Of a DNA stretch of 64,000 bases, positions 50,001 through 59,500 are shown in pieces. The notes beneath the pieces are model-generated. The model worked only from the letters and a program-made list of their open reading frames with translations, had not been told where the DNA came from and did no database searches. The position numbers and the translations under genes were made by a program. Source of the stretch: Bradymonadia bacterium (GTDB lineage Bacteria > Myxococcota_A > Bradymonadia > UBA7976 > UBA1532); the NCBI GenBank assembly GCA_046290225.1, contig JBKAGE010000082.1, forward strand, positions 160,001-224,000. The letters are read 5' to 3'. Position 1 is the first letter of the stretch, and every line of letters begins with the position of its first letter.

Positions 50001-50087
50001 GTGGAGCAGATCAAGGTGGCCGCCAACCAGCTCGTGCACCTCGTCGACGTCACCGTGGTCGAGAAGCCCCGTGAAGAGTTCCTGTGA
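47079..50087 (+). CDS. Baseplate J-like wedge protein (Afp11-like)
   Basis: PNLDDR, PEWT.FN.SDPGITLIELFAW, LGASDG.PNQ.F, FGDG..G.IPP, RAVTAEDFE, GWPFGR. Confidence 0.93.
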   Translation: MIPIPNLDDRTHREIVEEALKLIPQYCPEWTNFNPSDPGITLIELFAWMTEMAIYRLNKVTDKNFIAFLNLMGVRLQAPQPAHALLQFQLVKGGPPTWIRQGFQISTVPDGKDDPVIFEVESDLLVSDNTLEKVFTQVSDLYEDQTPFIDGRRREGFEVFGGHNHIERSLYLGDLRFEQLNEDATLIIKIDSPANHALVDQLEWEYWNGRRWRELSRSLSETEEGAIAFEDIDQIEATDVNGVGVPWIRGRLIDTPQNTDQTLIETVVARIELSGEGLKPEKAYVAHVHDNSTVYITVDDSRTWAPFGKEPKTEHTLYLMPGAFPQEPGSVIRLEVQLADRKTHDAPEPSDDLSLRWEYWNGKKWAPLCLKATPEGAESAVDVDFVDGTEAFTHSGEIKFKRPADLASTDVQGEEGTWIRVRIEAGDYGEAGQYELDGDRWLWRNERPLRPPWVKQMVFRYTERDRFVDHVLTYNDFAYFDHSMTARTPLKVFQAFEPSVEDSPTLYLGFKQAMPNEPGQIYFQMTENTAVQRDRRHAEYLSQYYAERDQVLDAEQRVIWEYWNGLEWVSLSAEDGTRAFTESGFLQFVGPEDWKRSKRFGEALCWLRARLEMGGYHQMPRISHVLLNTVSAKNHLSLKNEVLGASDGTPNQTFKFAQGPVLEGQEIRVREKELPDGPEKDALMKQGEDVVEPAGKSGFWVKWTEVESFYDSTGRSRHYIINRTDGTVQFGDGNKGMIPPSGNANVVARRYRIGGGVRGNVTAQTVTAMRQSLPYIEAVGNPFPAAGGSDQETVEEAKARGPHLIKSRNRAVTAEDFEWLTLQASNGVARAKCLTTIGREGEITIVVVPKQDERDRDLKVKLSPSAELLRRVKNYIDERRLLTTVVKISPPKYVEVSVKIEVIRKVASGDKQLKNAIEQRLRTFLHPLVGSRSGGGWPFGRNVLKLDLYHVIEDIPGVDLVDRIRLFDEDRREEVEQIKVAANQLVHLVDVTVVEKPREEFL

Positions 50088-50100
50088 AGAGTTCTTGTGA
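50071..50100 (+). repeat. 13-bp tandem duplication spanning the baseplate J stop codon
   Basis: gtgaagagttcct gtgaagagttctt gtga. Confidence 0.7.
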
Positions 50101-50155
50101 GCCCATGACCCGTCGTATAGACCCTTCTTCACGTACTTTCAGGGAGTAGCCTCGG

Positions 50156-51130
50156 GTGGCTGATCCGCGACCGAGAGAGCGACAGACAGTCCGTATGCCC
50201 GAGGTGGTGGGCATCATGCTGGAGAACGCCCAGCTGATGCTCACCAACGAGCACTTCGATCTGCGCCGGGTGAAGCTGCGGTACGAAGAGGCCTATCGCC
50301 CCGAAGACGAGGTGCTCAAGCAGCACCCGCAGCCCGGGGCCGTGGTGGCCACCGACGAGCCCGTAGAACTGGTCGTCAGCCGCCGCAGCCTGGTGAACCA
50401 CCTGCCTCAGGTCTATCAGAAGTCCGACAGCACCGGTCGGCACATGCTCAGAGATTTTCTGTGGGTCTTCGACCACATCTATGCCGATCTCGAGCGTACC
50501 CTCAACGGCCTGCACCGGTACTTCGACCCCCTCGAAGCCCCTGGAGAGTTTCTCCCCTGGCTGGCGAGCTGGGTGGCCCTCACCATCAACCAGGGCTGGG
50601 ACGACGCCAAGAAGCGCAAGCTGATCCGCGAGGCCATCGGCATCTACGGCTACCGGGGCACCGTGCGGGGCCTCAAGCTCTTCTTGTCGATCTTTACCGA
50701 CGTCGAGCCCGACATCCACGAGAACAAGTGGCCCTACAAGGGCTTCCGCGTCGGCAAGGTGAGGGTGGGCGTCGACTCGGTGGTGATCCCTCAGGTGAAC
50801 CTGTCCCACTGCTTCATGGTGGAGATCCCCGCCGAATATCGGCACGTCGACGACAACGAGATCATCAAGATCCACGACATCATTCGCATGGAGAAGCCCT
50901 CCCACACCGCCTACTGCCTGACCTTCAAGGCCGCCCCCAAGGAAGATCTGCTGCAGCCCTTCCGCATCGGCGTCGGCCGCCTGGGCCTTCGGGAGTCCGG
51001 GGTCATGGGCAGCCGCCCGAGCGAAGCGGTCATGGAGGCCTTCCAGGAGAGAGACACCCTCGGCGAGGGTGCTACCAGCGAGCCAGCGACCGGCGACTCC
51101 TCGGGAGATGCCGAAGACACAACGGAGTGA
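50156..51130 (+). CDS. P2 gpI-like tail/baseplate protein with N-terminal PASTA domain
   Basis: aa 12-75 VRMPEVVG..LENA...L...EVLKQHPQPGAVV....VELVVS (PASTA); then LPQVY, FDP..AP.EFLPWLASW, YRGTVRGL, EKPSHT. Confidence 0.82.
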   Translation: MADPRPRERQTVRMPEVVGIMLENAQLMLTNEHFDLRRVKLRYEEAYRPEDEVLKQHPQPGAVVATDEPVELVVSRRSLVNHLPQVYQKSDSTGRHMLRDFLWVFDHIYADLERTLNGLHRYFDPLEAPGEFLPWLASWVALTINQGWDDAKKRKLIREAIGIYGYRGTVRGLKLFLSIFTDVEPDIHENKWPYKGFRVGKVRVGVDSVVIPQVNLSHCFMVEIPAEYRHVDDNEIIKIHDIIRMEKPSHTAYCLTFKAAPKEDLLQPFRIGVGRLGLRESGVMGSRPSEAVMEAFQERDTLGEGATSEPATGDSSGDAEDTTE

Positions 51131-51133
51131 TCC

Positions 51134-52696
51134 ATGGGGTCCGGTGAGAGCTTTAAGCGCATCAACTTCTTCAAGGGCTTCCTGGCCACCGAAGAAGACT
51201 TCAACGATGCCGAGAAATACCACCTCGAGAAGCGGCACCTGCACAACCAGGCCTTTCACGCCCCTGGCGTCGTTGCGCACCACGGCGACGGCCTGAGGGT
51301 CACCAGCCGCGGTCGCGGTGATCTCTCCATCGAGATCGGTGCTGGCTATGCCATCGATGGCTTCGGTCGGGACATCTACGTGCCCGACAAGCAGATCAAG
51401 ACCATCAGCGCCGGTGACTTCAAGCTGCCCCAGACCATCTATGTGGTGGTGAAGTACCTCGAGGAGATGACCGACTTCATCCGGTACAAGGAAGTGCCCG
51501 ACTACCAGGGTCACCGCCGGATCCAGGAAGGCTTCAAGGTCGAGTTCACCAACGTCGAGCCCGACGTGAACCACGAGATCGAGCTCGCCCGCATCTACCT
51601 CGAAAAGGGCGCCAAGCGGATCATCGACGCCAAGGATCCGAACAAGCCCGAGGCCAACGAGATCGATCTGCGCTTCGTGCGCTACGCCGGCACCGTGGGC
51701 ATGTTCTTGAACAGCACGATCAGGGTCCGCCTGCGCGAGGCCATCGCGTTCCAGAAGCGGGTGTTCTCACACCTCTCCCGGGTGAAGAAGATCATCAGCG
51801 CCCAAGACGCCTTCCACGCGCTGATCACCCTGGACATGCTCACGCTCACGGCCCACATCGGCCACGACAACATCTGGGAGCTGCTCATCGAGCTCGCCAA
51901 GCTCGAGTGGGACGTGGTGAACGAGGCCGAGAGCCGGGTGCCCGATCTGAGCGCCCGCCGCGAGTTCACCAGTTTCAAGAAGAACATCGAGATCATGTAC
52001 AACTTCGCCGCGGAGAAGCGGCGGACCGACGAAGGCCTCGACAACGTCATCACCTACATGATGAAGACCTGCGAGAGCATCGAGATGCTGCTCGACCAGA
52101 TGCGCTCTTCGGAGATCGAGGTGAAGGCCATGGCCGACGCCCCGCAGGAGAGCAAGATCACCGAGTACATCGAGGGCGGCATCACCTTCGAGGAGCTCAA
52201 GGTCTACTCCAAAGAGTTCACCGAGAGCCTCATCGTCGACGGTCGCGAGTGGGTGCTTGTGGACATGATCGACATCCGCGACGAGCAGAACGAGAACGAT
52301 CACGAGTTCCGCATCAAAGAGGCCAAGGACACGTACCGCAGCCGCCAGAAGCTGCGGTACCCCGACGGCACCGTCGTCGAAGACCAGGGCATCGCCCACG
52401 AGGGCGGCTACTCAGAGTTCAAGGTCAAGAACGTCACTCCCCACCAGGATCTGGTCATGATCCGCCGCATGGATTACGTGCGGGCCGACTACCAGGCCGA
52501 GATTCAGGTGAACGGCGCCCGTATGGACCGGATCATGGACTGCGCCGGGGCCGACAAGAAGTTCCGGTGGCGCAACTGGCCCTACGTGATCCCCGCCCAG
52601 CACATCAGCTCCACGGTGATCAGCATCAAGCAGGTGATGCTCACCGCCGACCGGGACATCAACATGTTCCACTACTGGTTCTACCAGCCCAAGTGA
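51134..52696 (+). CDS. CIS baseplate-periphery / fibre-slot protein with uncharacterised C-terminal domains
   Basis: N-terminal RINFFKG.L....DF....YH......N......GVV..GL.V...GYAIDGFGRDI, typical of CIS fibre-attachment N-domains; remainder helical plus beta domain. Confidence 0.7.
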   Translation: MGSGESFKRINFFKGFLATEEDFNDAEKYHLEKRHLHNQAFHAPGVVAHHGDGLRVTSRGRGDLSIEIGAGYAIDGFGRDIYVPDKQIKTISAGDFKLPQTIYVVVKYLEEMTDFIRYKEVPDYQGHRRIQEGFKVEFTNVEPDVNHEIELARIYLEKGAKRIIDAKDPNKPEANEIDLRFVRYAGTVGMFLNSTIRVRLREAIAFQKRVFSHLSRVKKIISAQDAFHALITLDMLTLTAHIGHDNIWELLIELAKLEWDVVNEAESRVPDLSARREFTSFKKNIEIMYNFAAEKRRTDEGLDNVITYMMKTCESIEMLLDQMRSSEIEVKAMADAPQESKITEYIEGGITFEELKVYSKEFTESLIVDGREWVLVDMIDIRDEQNENDHEFRIKEAKDTYRSRQKLRYPDGTVVEDQGIAHEGGYSEFKVKNVTPHQDLVMIRRMDYVRADYQAEIQVNGARMDRIMDCAGADKKFRWRNWPYVIPAQHISSTVISIKQVMLTADRDINMFHYWFYQPK

Positions 52697-52706
52697 CGCC
52701 TCGCAG

Positions 52707-52736
52707 GCGGTGTGGTGCAGCGCTGCTCCACACTGT
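52707..52736 (+). terminator. Stem-loop right after the last CIS structural gene, without U-tract
   Basis: gcggtgtgg-t-gca gcgc tgc-t-ccacactgt. Confidence 0.3.
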
Positions 52737-52836
52737 TACCGCGCGCAGCGCCACAGCATGCGGATTGCTCGAAGGCCTTATAAGTGGCAGAATACCCGGT
52801 GGCACGTTGTTCAACCTCGGCCAGTGAGTATTTGCC

Positions 52837-53619
52837 ATGATGTTCCGTGATCCACGCAAAGTCGTCCAAGATCGGATCAACATGCGGATCCAGAACGCCC
52901 AGATGCGGGCCAAGTCCCAAGTGCGTGGCGCTGGAGTCCGTGTCATCAGCGCAGGTGAGCGCAAGGCAAAGCAGGCCACCGACAACGCCAAAGCGAAAGC
53001 CAAAGGCAAAGGCCAAAAAGCCGCCCCAAACCAGGCGCCTCAGCAGGCGACTGCAGAAAAGAAGAAGTTCAGTTTGTGGCCCTTCGGTAAGAACAAGCAA
53101 GACGCAGCTGGCCAGGCGCCCGCCTGCCACAGCTGTGGCCAGGCCATCGACCCTTCATGGGAGCTGTGCCCTTACTGCGGCACCAGCCTCGCCGAGGCCC
53201 CGGCCCCTCAAGCGCAAATGCAGGCAGCCCCCGTACCGGGTGCGCCGGTCCCTGCCATGCCCCAGATGACCGGGAACAAGACCCAGGCCATCAACCTCGA
53301 CGAGCTCGCCGGTCCCCAGAAGATGGTGGTGGGCTGGCTGGTCATCATGGAGGGCAACGAGAAGGGCCGTGACTTCAGGCTCTACGAGGGCCAGAACAGC
53401 ATCGGCGCCGCCGCTGACTGCAACATCGTGGTCAACGACGAGTACCTCTCGGCTCACCACGCCAGCATCCGATTCGACGATGGGCGCTACGAGTTGATCG
53501 ACAAAGACTCCACCAACGGGTGCTTCCTCAACGAGAAGCGCATCTCCCGCGAGGAGCTCGTCGACAACGACACCATCCGGCTGGGACGCACCCATCTCCG
53601 CTTCAAGGCGATCTATTGA
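52837..53619 (+). CDS. Zinc-ribbon + FHA domain protein
   Basis: CHSC...CPYCG; GWLV...G..GRDFRL, SAHHA, DSTNG, IRLG. Confidence 0.88.
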   Translation: MMFRDPRKVVQDRINMRIQNAQMRAKSQVRGAGVRVISAGERKAKQATDNAKAKAKGKGQKAAPNQAPQQATAEKKKFSLWPFGKNKQDAAGQAPACHSCGQAIDPSWELCPYCGTSLAEAPAPQAQMQAAPVPGAPVPAMPQMTGNKTQAINLDELAGPQKMVVGWLVIMEGNEKGRDFRLYEGQNSIGAAADCNIVVNDEYLSAHHASIRFDDGRYELIDKDSTNGCFLNEKRISREELVDNDTIRLGRTHLRFKAIY

Positions 53620-53683
53620 GCCTTGCACCTGACGAGGCATCCCGCCTCACGACCCCCTGACACACCGTGACGAGATCCCACTG

Positions 53684-55246
53684 ATGCGATCCATCATGTC
53701 TGGTCTGCGCGCAGGCCTTCTCTGCAGCGCCCCACTGCTCATCACCACGCTGATCGTCTCGGGCCTGATCATCACCGGCCTCGGCACCCCGGCCTACAGC
53801 CAGGGCAAGCAGCTCGCCAGCACCACCCAGCTGCGTCTCGACGCGGTGGACACCAGCAAGGGCAAAAAGGGCGAGCTGGTGCTCTTCGGCTCGTTCCTCA
53901 ACGAGTTTGGTCAGTCGGTGCCGGCGCTGAAGTCGGAGTACTGGACGATCCAGCTCGACGGCGAGCCCCTGGAGCTCGACCCCGAGTCCCTCACGGTGAA
54001 GTCGCTCAAGGACAGCGACGAGGGCGTCTACGTGGTGCTTGTGGCCATGGCCTGCTGCAACATGATGGCCGAGGAAGAGCAGTTCGCCGCCATCAAGAAG
54101 GGCATCGAGGAGATCCTCAACGGCCTGGGCAGCAAGGACCAGTCGGCGGTGGTGCTCTATCAAGAGGGCGTGCTCAAGACCAGCAGCCTCAACCCCTCTC
54201 ACGAAGAGGCGGTGGTCTGGCTCGGTCAGAAGGGCGAGGCCGACGGCACCGGGCCTCAGTTCTTCAGCGCCATCGAGCAGGCCCTGAAGTTCTTCCCGCC
54301 AGAGTTCGGCACCCTCAACTCGAACCGCCACATCATCGTCATCAGCGATGGCGACGATGTCGATCGCATCACCGATCGTTCAAAGACCCGCGAGAAGCTC
54401 AAGGCCCTCAAGACCAACGCCAACGCCAAGAAGGTGAAGGTGCACTCCATCGGCCTGGTCTTCGAGGGGCAGCAATCGGAGACCCTGGCCAATCTGCGCA
54501 CCCTCTCCGGTGGTACTGGCGGTGTCTATCGCGAGTCGAAGGACTTCACCCGCACCCGAGATCACCTCTCGGCCCTCAAGAGCCAGCTGCTCGAGCAGAA
54601 CGTGCTCTACGTGAAGACCAACGACTTCGAAGGCGAGAAGGACATCACCTACACCCTCTCGGTGAAGCACCCCAGCTCCGGCAAGGTGTTCAACGCCCTG
54701 GCCCCAGTCGTCGAGTACACCCCCGAGGTCGAGACGAACCTGTGGCGGAACATCCTGCTCATCAGCGGTGGCGTCGTGGGCCTCGGCCTCTTCGGCTGGC
54801 TGGGCATGATCCTTGTGCGCCGCATGGGCAACCGCGACACCGGCGAGGTCTTCGTCGACGCCGGCGAGGAAACCCGGGAGTGCGAGCAGTGCGGCAACAC
54901 CATCCCCGTAGACTGGATGGTCTGTAAATACTGCGAGGCCCTGCCCCACAAGGGCCGCCTCACGGTCATCAGCACGGGCGATCTCAACGGCCGGGTGTGG
55001 TTCATCAAAGAGTCTCTGGTGAACATCGGCCGCTCCGATGGGAACCACATCATGATCCCCGACACCACGGTGTCGAAGCGCCACGCGGGTATCAAGGTGG
55101 ACAATGGCCGCTTCGAGCTGGCGGACTTCGGCAGCACCTCGGGGGTGCTGGTGAACGGGCAACGCATCACCAAACGCTTCCTCAAAGACGGCGATGCGAT
55201 CCACGTGGGCGGCATCGAGCTCGAATTCAAGCTCAAGAAGAGCTGA
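53684..55246 (+). CDS. Membrane protein: exported VWA-like domain, TM, zinc ribbon, FHA
   Basis: N-terminal hydrophobic signal; IIVISDG, VHSIG, LS..TGG.Y; TM ILLISGGVVGLGLFGWLGMILV; CEQC..CKYC; IGR...VSKRHA...GSTSG. Confidence 0.85.
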   Translation: MRSIMSGLRAGLLCSAPLLITTLIVSGLIITGLGTPAYSQGKQLASTTQLRLDAVDTSKGKKGELVLFGSFLNEFGQSVPALKSEYWTIQLDGEPLELDPESLTVKSLKDSDEGVYVVLVAMACCNMMAEEEQFAAIKKGIEEILNGLGSKDQSAVVLYQEGVLKTSSLNPSHEEAVVWLGQKGEADGTGPQFFSAIEQALKFFPPEFGTLNSNRHIIVISDGDDVDRITDRSKTREKLKALKTNANAKKVKVHSIGLVFEGQQSETLANLRTLSGGTGGVYRESKDFTRTRDHLSALKSQLLEQNVLYVKTNDFEGEKDITYTLSVKHPSSGKVFNALAPVVEYTPEVETNLWRNILLISGGVVGLGLFGWLGMILVRRMGNRDTGEVFVDAGEETRECEQCGNTIPVDWMVCKYCEALPHKGRLTVISTGDLNGRVWFIKESLVNIGRSDGNHIMIPDTTVSKRHAGIKVDNGRFELADFGSTSGVLVNGQRITKRFLKDGDAIHVGGIELEFKLKKS

Positions 55247-55341
55247 CCCCTCCGCCGCTCAAGATTGCAGTCATATAAGCCCATCTTCTAGGATGAGCCT
55301 CGGATCGGGGGGGACCTCGAAGGGCTCAAGGAGGAGCGTAC

Positions 55342-56529
55342 GTGTCGCGTATCCCGCTCATTGGCTGGCTGCTGCTCGTCTTCATGGTGGGGGCGCCCTC
55401 ATCGGTGCTCGCTCAGGGTGCCCCGCAAGGTGCCGAAGAAGAGGTCGATCCTGCCTTCACACAGACCCTCAGTGAAGGGCAAGCTGCGTTCAAAGCCGGT
55501 CGGTTCAAAGAAGCCGCAGAGCTCTTTCGTCAGGCCTTCGAGATCGACCCTCGAGGCAACCTGCTCTTCAACGTGGCCATTTGCTACGAGAAGGCCGGGG
55601 ACACGATCGCTGCGGTGAAGTTCTACGAGCGCTTCATCGCTGCGGTGCCCAACGCCCGGAATCGGCCTCAGGTGCAACAGCAGATCGTGGCCCTCAAGGC
55701 TTCCCTCGCCGACAAATACGTCGAGGTGCAGGTCACCACTGCGCCCAAGGGGGCCTACGTCTTCATCGACTCGAAGTCTCAGGGCACCATCGGCGCCACC
55801 CCCACCACCCTCAAGCTGCTTCCCGGCAGCTACACCCTCATCGTCGAGAAGCCAGACTACGAGACCGTCAAGGTGCCCCTCGACGTCGCCGAGGGGCAGC
55901 CGCAGCAGCTCGAGTATGTGCTGGTGAACTCTCAGAAGGTGGGCTCGGTACGGCTGCGGATCCCCGAGAAAGGGGCCTCAGTCATGGTGGATGGCAAGAA
56001 CATCGGCGTGAGCCCCATCAAAGATCCGATCCGGCTGCCCCAAGGGCCCCACGAGATCAGCGTGCTCAAGCCCGGTCTCACCCCCTGGAAGAAGAACGTC
56101 AACGTCTTCGCGGGTCAGAACAGCGTCGTCACGGTGACTTTTCGCGAGGAAGACGCCTTCGACCCGCTCGGAGATGCGGGCAGTTCTGGCGGGGGTGACA
56201 AGCTCTGGGCCTACGTCACCATGGGCACCGGCGTGGCCATGATCGCCGGTGGCGTGTTCACGGGCTTGTCCGCCCAGTCTCTTCACGACGATCTCACCGC
56301 GAAGCGCGAGAACCAGGAGCTCATCGCTCAGAGCGACATTGATCTGGGCAACACCCTGGTTACCACCACCAACATCCTGCTCATCGGAGGCACTCTCGCC
56401 GCTGCCGGTGGCGCAGTGTGGTGGTACCTCAGCGATGACGAAGTCGACCCTGACGGCGAGATCCTCACCGGCGGGTTCTTCGCTTCGCCCGACGGCACCG
56501 CCGTCTTCCACCTCAAAGGGACTTTCTGA
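55342..56529 (+). CDS. TPR + PEGA domain secreted/membrane protein
   Basis: Signal; TPR (LFNVAICYEKAG); two PEGA repeats (T.PKGA.VFID, GASVMVDG...G.HEI...KPG); C-terminal hydrophobic segments. Confidence 0.88.
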   Translation: MSRIPLIGWLLLVFMVGAPSSVLAQGAPQGAEEEVDPAFTQTLSEGQAAFKAGRFKEAAELFRQAFEIDPRGNLLFNVAICYEKAGDTIAAVKFYERFIAAVPNARNRPQVQQQIVALKASLADKYVEVQVTTAPKGAYVFIDSKSQGTIGATPTTLKLLPGSYTLIVEKPDYETVKVPLDVAEGQPQQLEYVLVNSQKVGSVRLRIPEKGASVMVDGKNIGVSPIKDPIRLPQGPHEISVLKPGLTPWKKNVNVFAGQNSVVTVTFREEDAFDPLGDAGSSGGGDKLWAYVTMGTGVAMIAGGVFTGLSAQSLHDDLTAKRENQELIAQSDIDLGNTLVTTTNILLIGGTLAAAGGAVWWYLSDDEVDPDGEILTGGFFASPDGTAVFHLKGTF

Positions 56530-59500
56530 TGTCGCGCTCTCTCGCGGGGTGGCTGATCGCAAGCCTGGCCACCACCGCCGGCTGCTCTCTCGATTTCGAC
56601 GAGTTCACCGAAGACACCAACACCCCCGACGTGCAGTTCACCGAGCCCGACCTGGGCCCGACCCCCGATGTCGGGCCCATGCCCGACGAAGGGCCCATGC
56701 CCGACATGGTGGTGGATCAGCCCGATGTCGGGCCCATGCCCGACATGATGGTCCTCGACACGGACGGCGACGGCATCAACGACGTCGACGACAACTGCCC
56801 TGATGTGGAGAACCCGGATCAGCTCGACGGCGACGGCGACATGATCGGCGATCTCTGCGACGCAGATCTGGACGGTGACGGCCTCGAGAACGGCATCGAC
56901 AACTGTCCGAACGTGAGCAACCCCGCTCAGGCCGACCTCGATCGCGACGAGATCGGCGATGTCTGTGACGACGACGCCGACAACGATGGCCTCACAGGCG
57001 AGCAGGAGCTGCTTCAGGGCCTCGATCCGCTGCGTCCTGACACGGATGCCGACGGATACCTCGACGGCGCCGACAATTGCCCTCAGGCCCCGGACCGTGT
57101 GGGCGGCGATGCCGATGGTGACGGCTATGGCGACGCCTGTGACACCGACGCCGACGGCGACGCGGTGCCCAACTGGCGGGACAACTGCCCCTTCACCCCG
57201 AACCCCGATCAAGCGCTCGTCGAGGTCGAAGAAGGAGAGCCGCCCTCAAGGCGGGGTGCTGCCTGTGCGGACGACGCCGACAACGACGGGATCCTCGACG
57301 ACGCCGACAACTGCCCGTATGCGCCCAACCCCATCCAGGGCATCAGCCCTTGTGAGCCCCGGTTCGCGCCCCAGACCTATGGGCGCTCTGTCAACGCGCT
57401 CTATCGCAGCGGCGAGACGGTGTACGCCGGCACCTCTGGCGGTGAGCTGCGGGTGCAGGGCGACGACATCAGCCTCTACACCAACGCCGACGGCCTCGCC
57501 GGCAACAACGTCACTTCTGTGGTCCGCGACGCCGACGGTCGGCGCTGGCTGACCACCGACGACGGCCTCACGGTGATCCGGCCCGATGGGTTCCGCATGT
57601 CGATGCGGGCCTCTGATCCTGCAGGCAGCTTCACGGGCACCCTCAACGACGTAGCCGTCGACATCGAGAACGAGCGTGTGTGGGTGGGCACCGACGAGGG
57701 CCTCTTCCGCTTCGAATCGGGCGCCTGGGTCCCAACGGGGAACTTCATCAACGTGCGAGACCTCTGGCTCGAAACCACCGAAGAGGGCGATCGCGTGCTC
57801 TGGGTGGCCGACGAGGTGGCGGTGAACCGCATCACTGATCCCGCCAGCATCGTGGCGATCTTCGGACTCAACCCACTCATCCCGCCTTTCAAGGGTGTGG
57901 TGGGCGACGCAGACGACTACACCTGGATCCTTTCTGGCAACGGGGCGGGTCGCCTCGCCGAGAACGACACGCTCGTCGAAGATCGAACCTACATCGGCTT
58001 CGACGCCCGGGATCTGACCGACGCCCCTGATGGGGCACGCTACCTGGCCACCGAGGCCGGCGTCCGCCGGATCGACGCCGAGGGTCGCTTGTTCCCCGCT
58101 GGCACCCGAAACCTGCCCGACGCCGACATCCGCGCCCTCGCCACGGACGCTGACGGCAACCGCTGGGCAGCGACCGGTCGAGGCCTCGTGGTGCTCGACG
58201 GCTACTTCTCTCTCTTTGCCTCTGGAAACAACGGCCTCGCCAACCCCTGCGTCAACGCTTCGATCCGCGCCGAGGGCCTCATCTGGATGGGCACCGACGA
58301 CGGGCTCTTCACGCTGCCTGCCGACGGCACCCCTGTGGAGCAGGCCCGGGCTGACTTGCCGAGCACCAACATCTACACCCTTCAGCGGGTGGGCGACGAG
58401 GTCTGGGCCGGCACCACCGAGGGCATCGCTCGATATGATCTGGTGGGTGTCTACCTCGGCAGTGTCCGCGCTGAGGATGGGATCCCGGCAGGCACCATCG
58501 GCGACATCGAGCCCGGCAGCGAAGGTCAGGTCTGGGTGGGCAGCACCGAGTCGGGCCTCGCCCGCGGTGATCTGCAGGAAGACGGCACCTGGGCGTGGAC
58601 CCTCTACACCCGCGAAGCGCAGGATCGCCTGCCCAGCGACGTGATCGAAGGCCTCTCGTGGTATGGCGGTACAGGCCAGCTCTGGATCGCCACCGACAAT
58701 GGCCTCGGGCTCTACACCTCTGGTGAGGGCTTCCAGCCCCCCGTCCCCCAGCTCGTGGGGATCCCCCTCACCGACGTGGTCGTCGACGGTGACGGCAACC
58801 CCTACGCCGGCACGACAGCCTACCCAGCCGCAGCCCAGGGCCTGGGCGTCGCTGCACGCACCCCCATCGACGAAGAAGGTGGCGGCGGAGATTGGGTGTT
58901 CCTGCGCCGTGGTAACGCCGCATGGCCCACCTTCACCACCACCGACGAGGTGGAAGATCTCGCCCATGACGGGCGCTACCTGTGGGTGATGCTCGACGCC
59001 GGCCGCAGCACCCGCGGGGGCTGGCTCGCACGGATCCCCACCCCCATCGACGAGGGCCAGCTCCCAGAGGGTGTGGTCTTCGATACACTCAACGCCGATC
59101 TCCCCGCCACGGTGGGCAATTCCGCCCACTACAGCGAAGGCGAGTTGCACCTGGCTTACTGTGGTGATGACGCTCGCCCAGGTGGCGTCACTGTCATTGA
59201 CGGCGGCGGCCTCATCGAGCGTGATCTCTCCACCTATCAGGGGCTCGCCAACGATGGCGATGGCGTCTCCCTCACCCTCGATCACACTGGCGCGCCACTC
59301 TTCGTCGCTCGGACAGAAGAAGGCCTCGAGGCCTGGACCCTCAGCGCCGAGAGCCCCTACCGCGCCCCCTACGAGCTCGATCGGAACTCCGTGCGCAACG
59401 CCTTGCCTCAGGGTTGTGCCCTGCCTCCGGGCGGCACTCACCTGTGGTGTGTGCTCCAAGGCCGCGGCGTCGGTCGTCGAGATCCGGTCTCCGAGCAGTG

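Noticed and set aside
33662..52696. Prophage
   Set aside because: Only tail and baseplate genes; no capsid, portal, terminase, integrase, replication or lysis genes; DUF4255 and gene order are CIS-type
33662..55246. Canonical T6SS, suggested by the FHA proteins and contractile sheath
   Set aside because: Sheaths are single-chain phage type and tubes gp19-like; no TssB/C, Hcp, TssJLM, TssK or ClpV recognised
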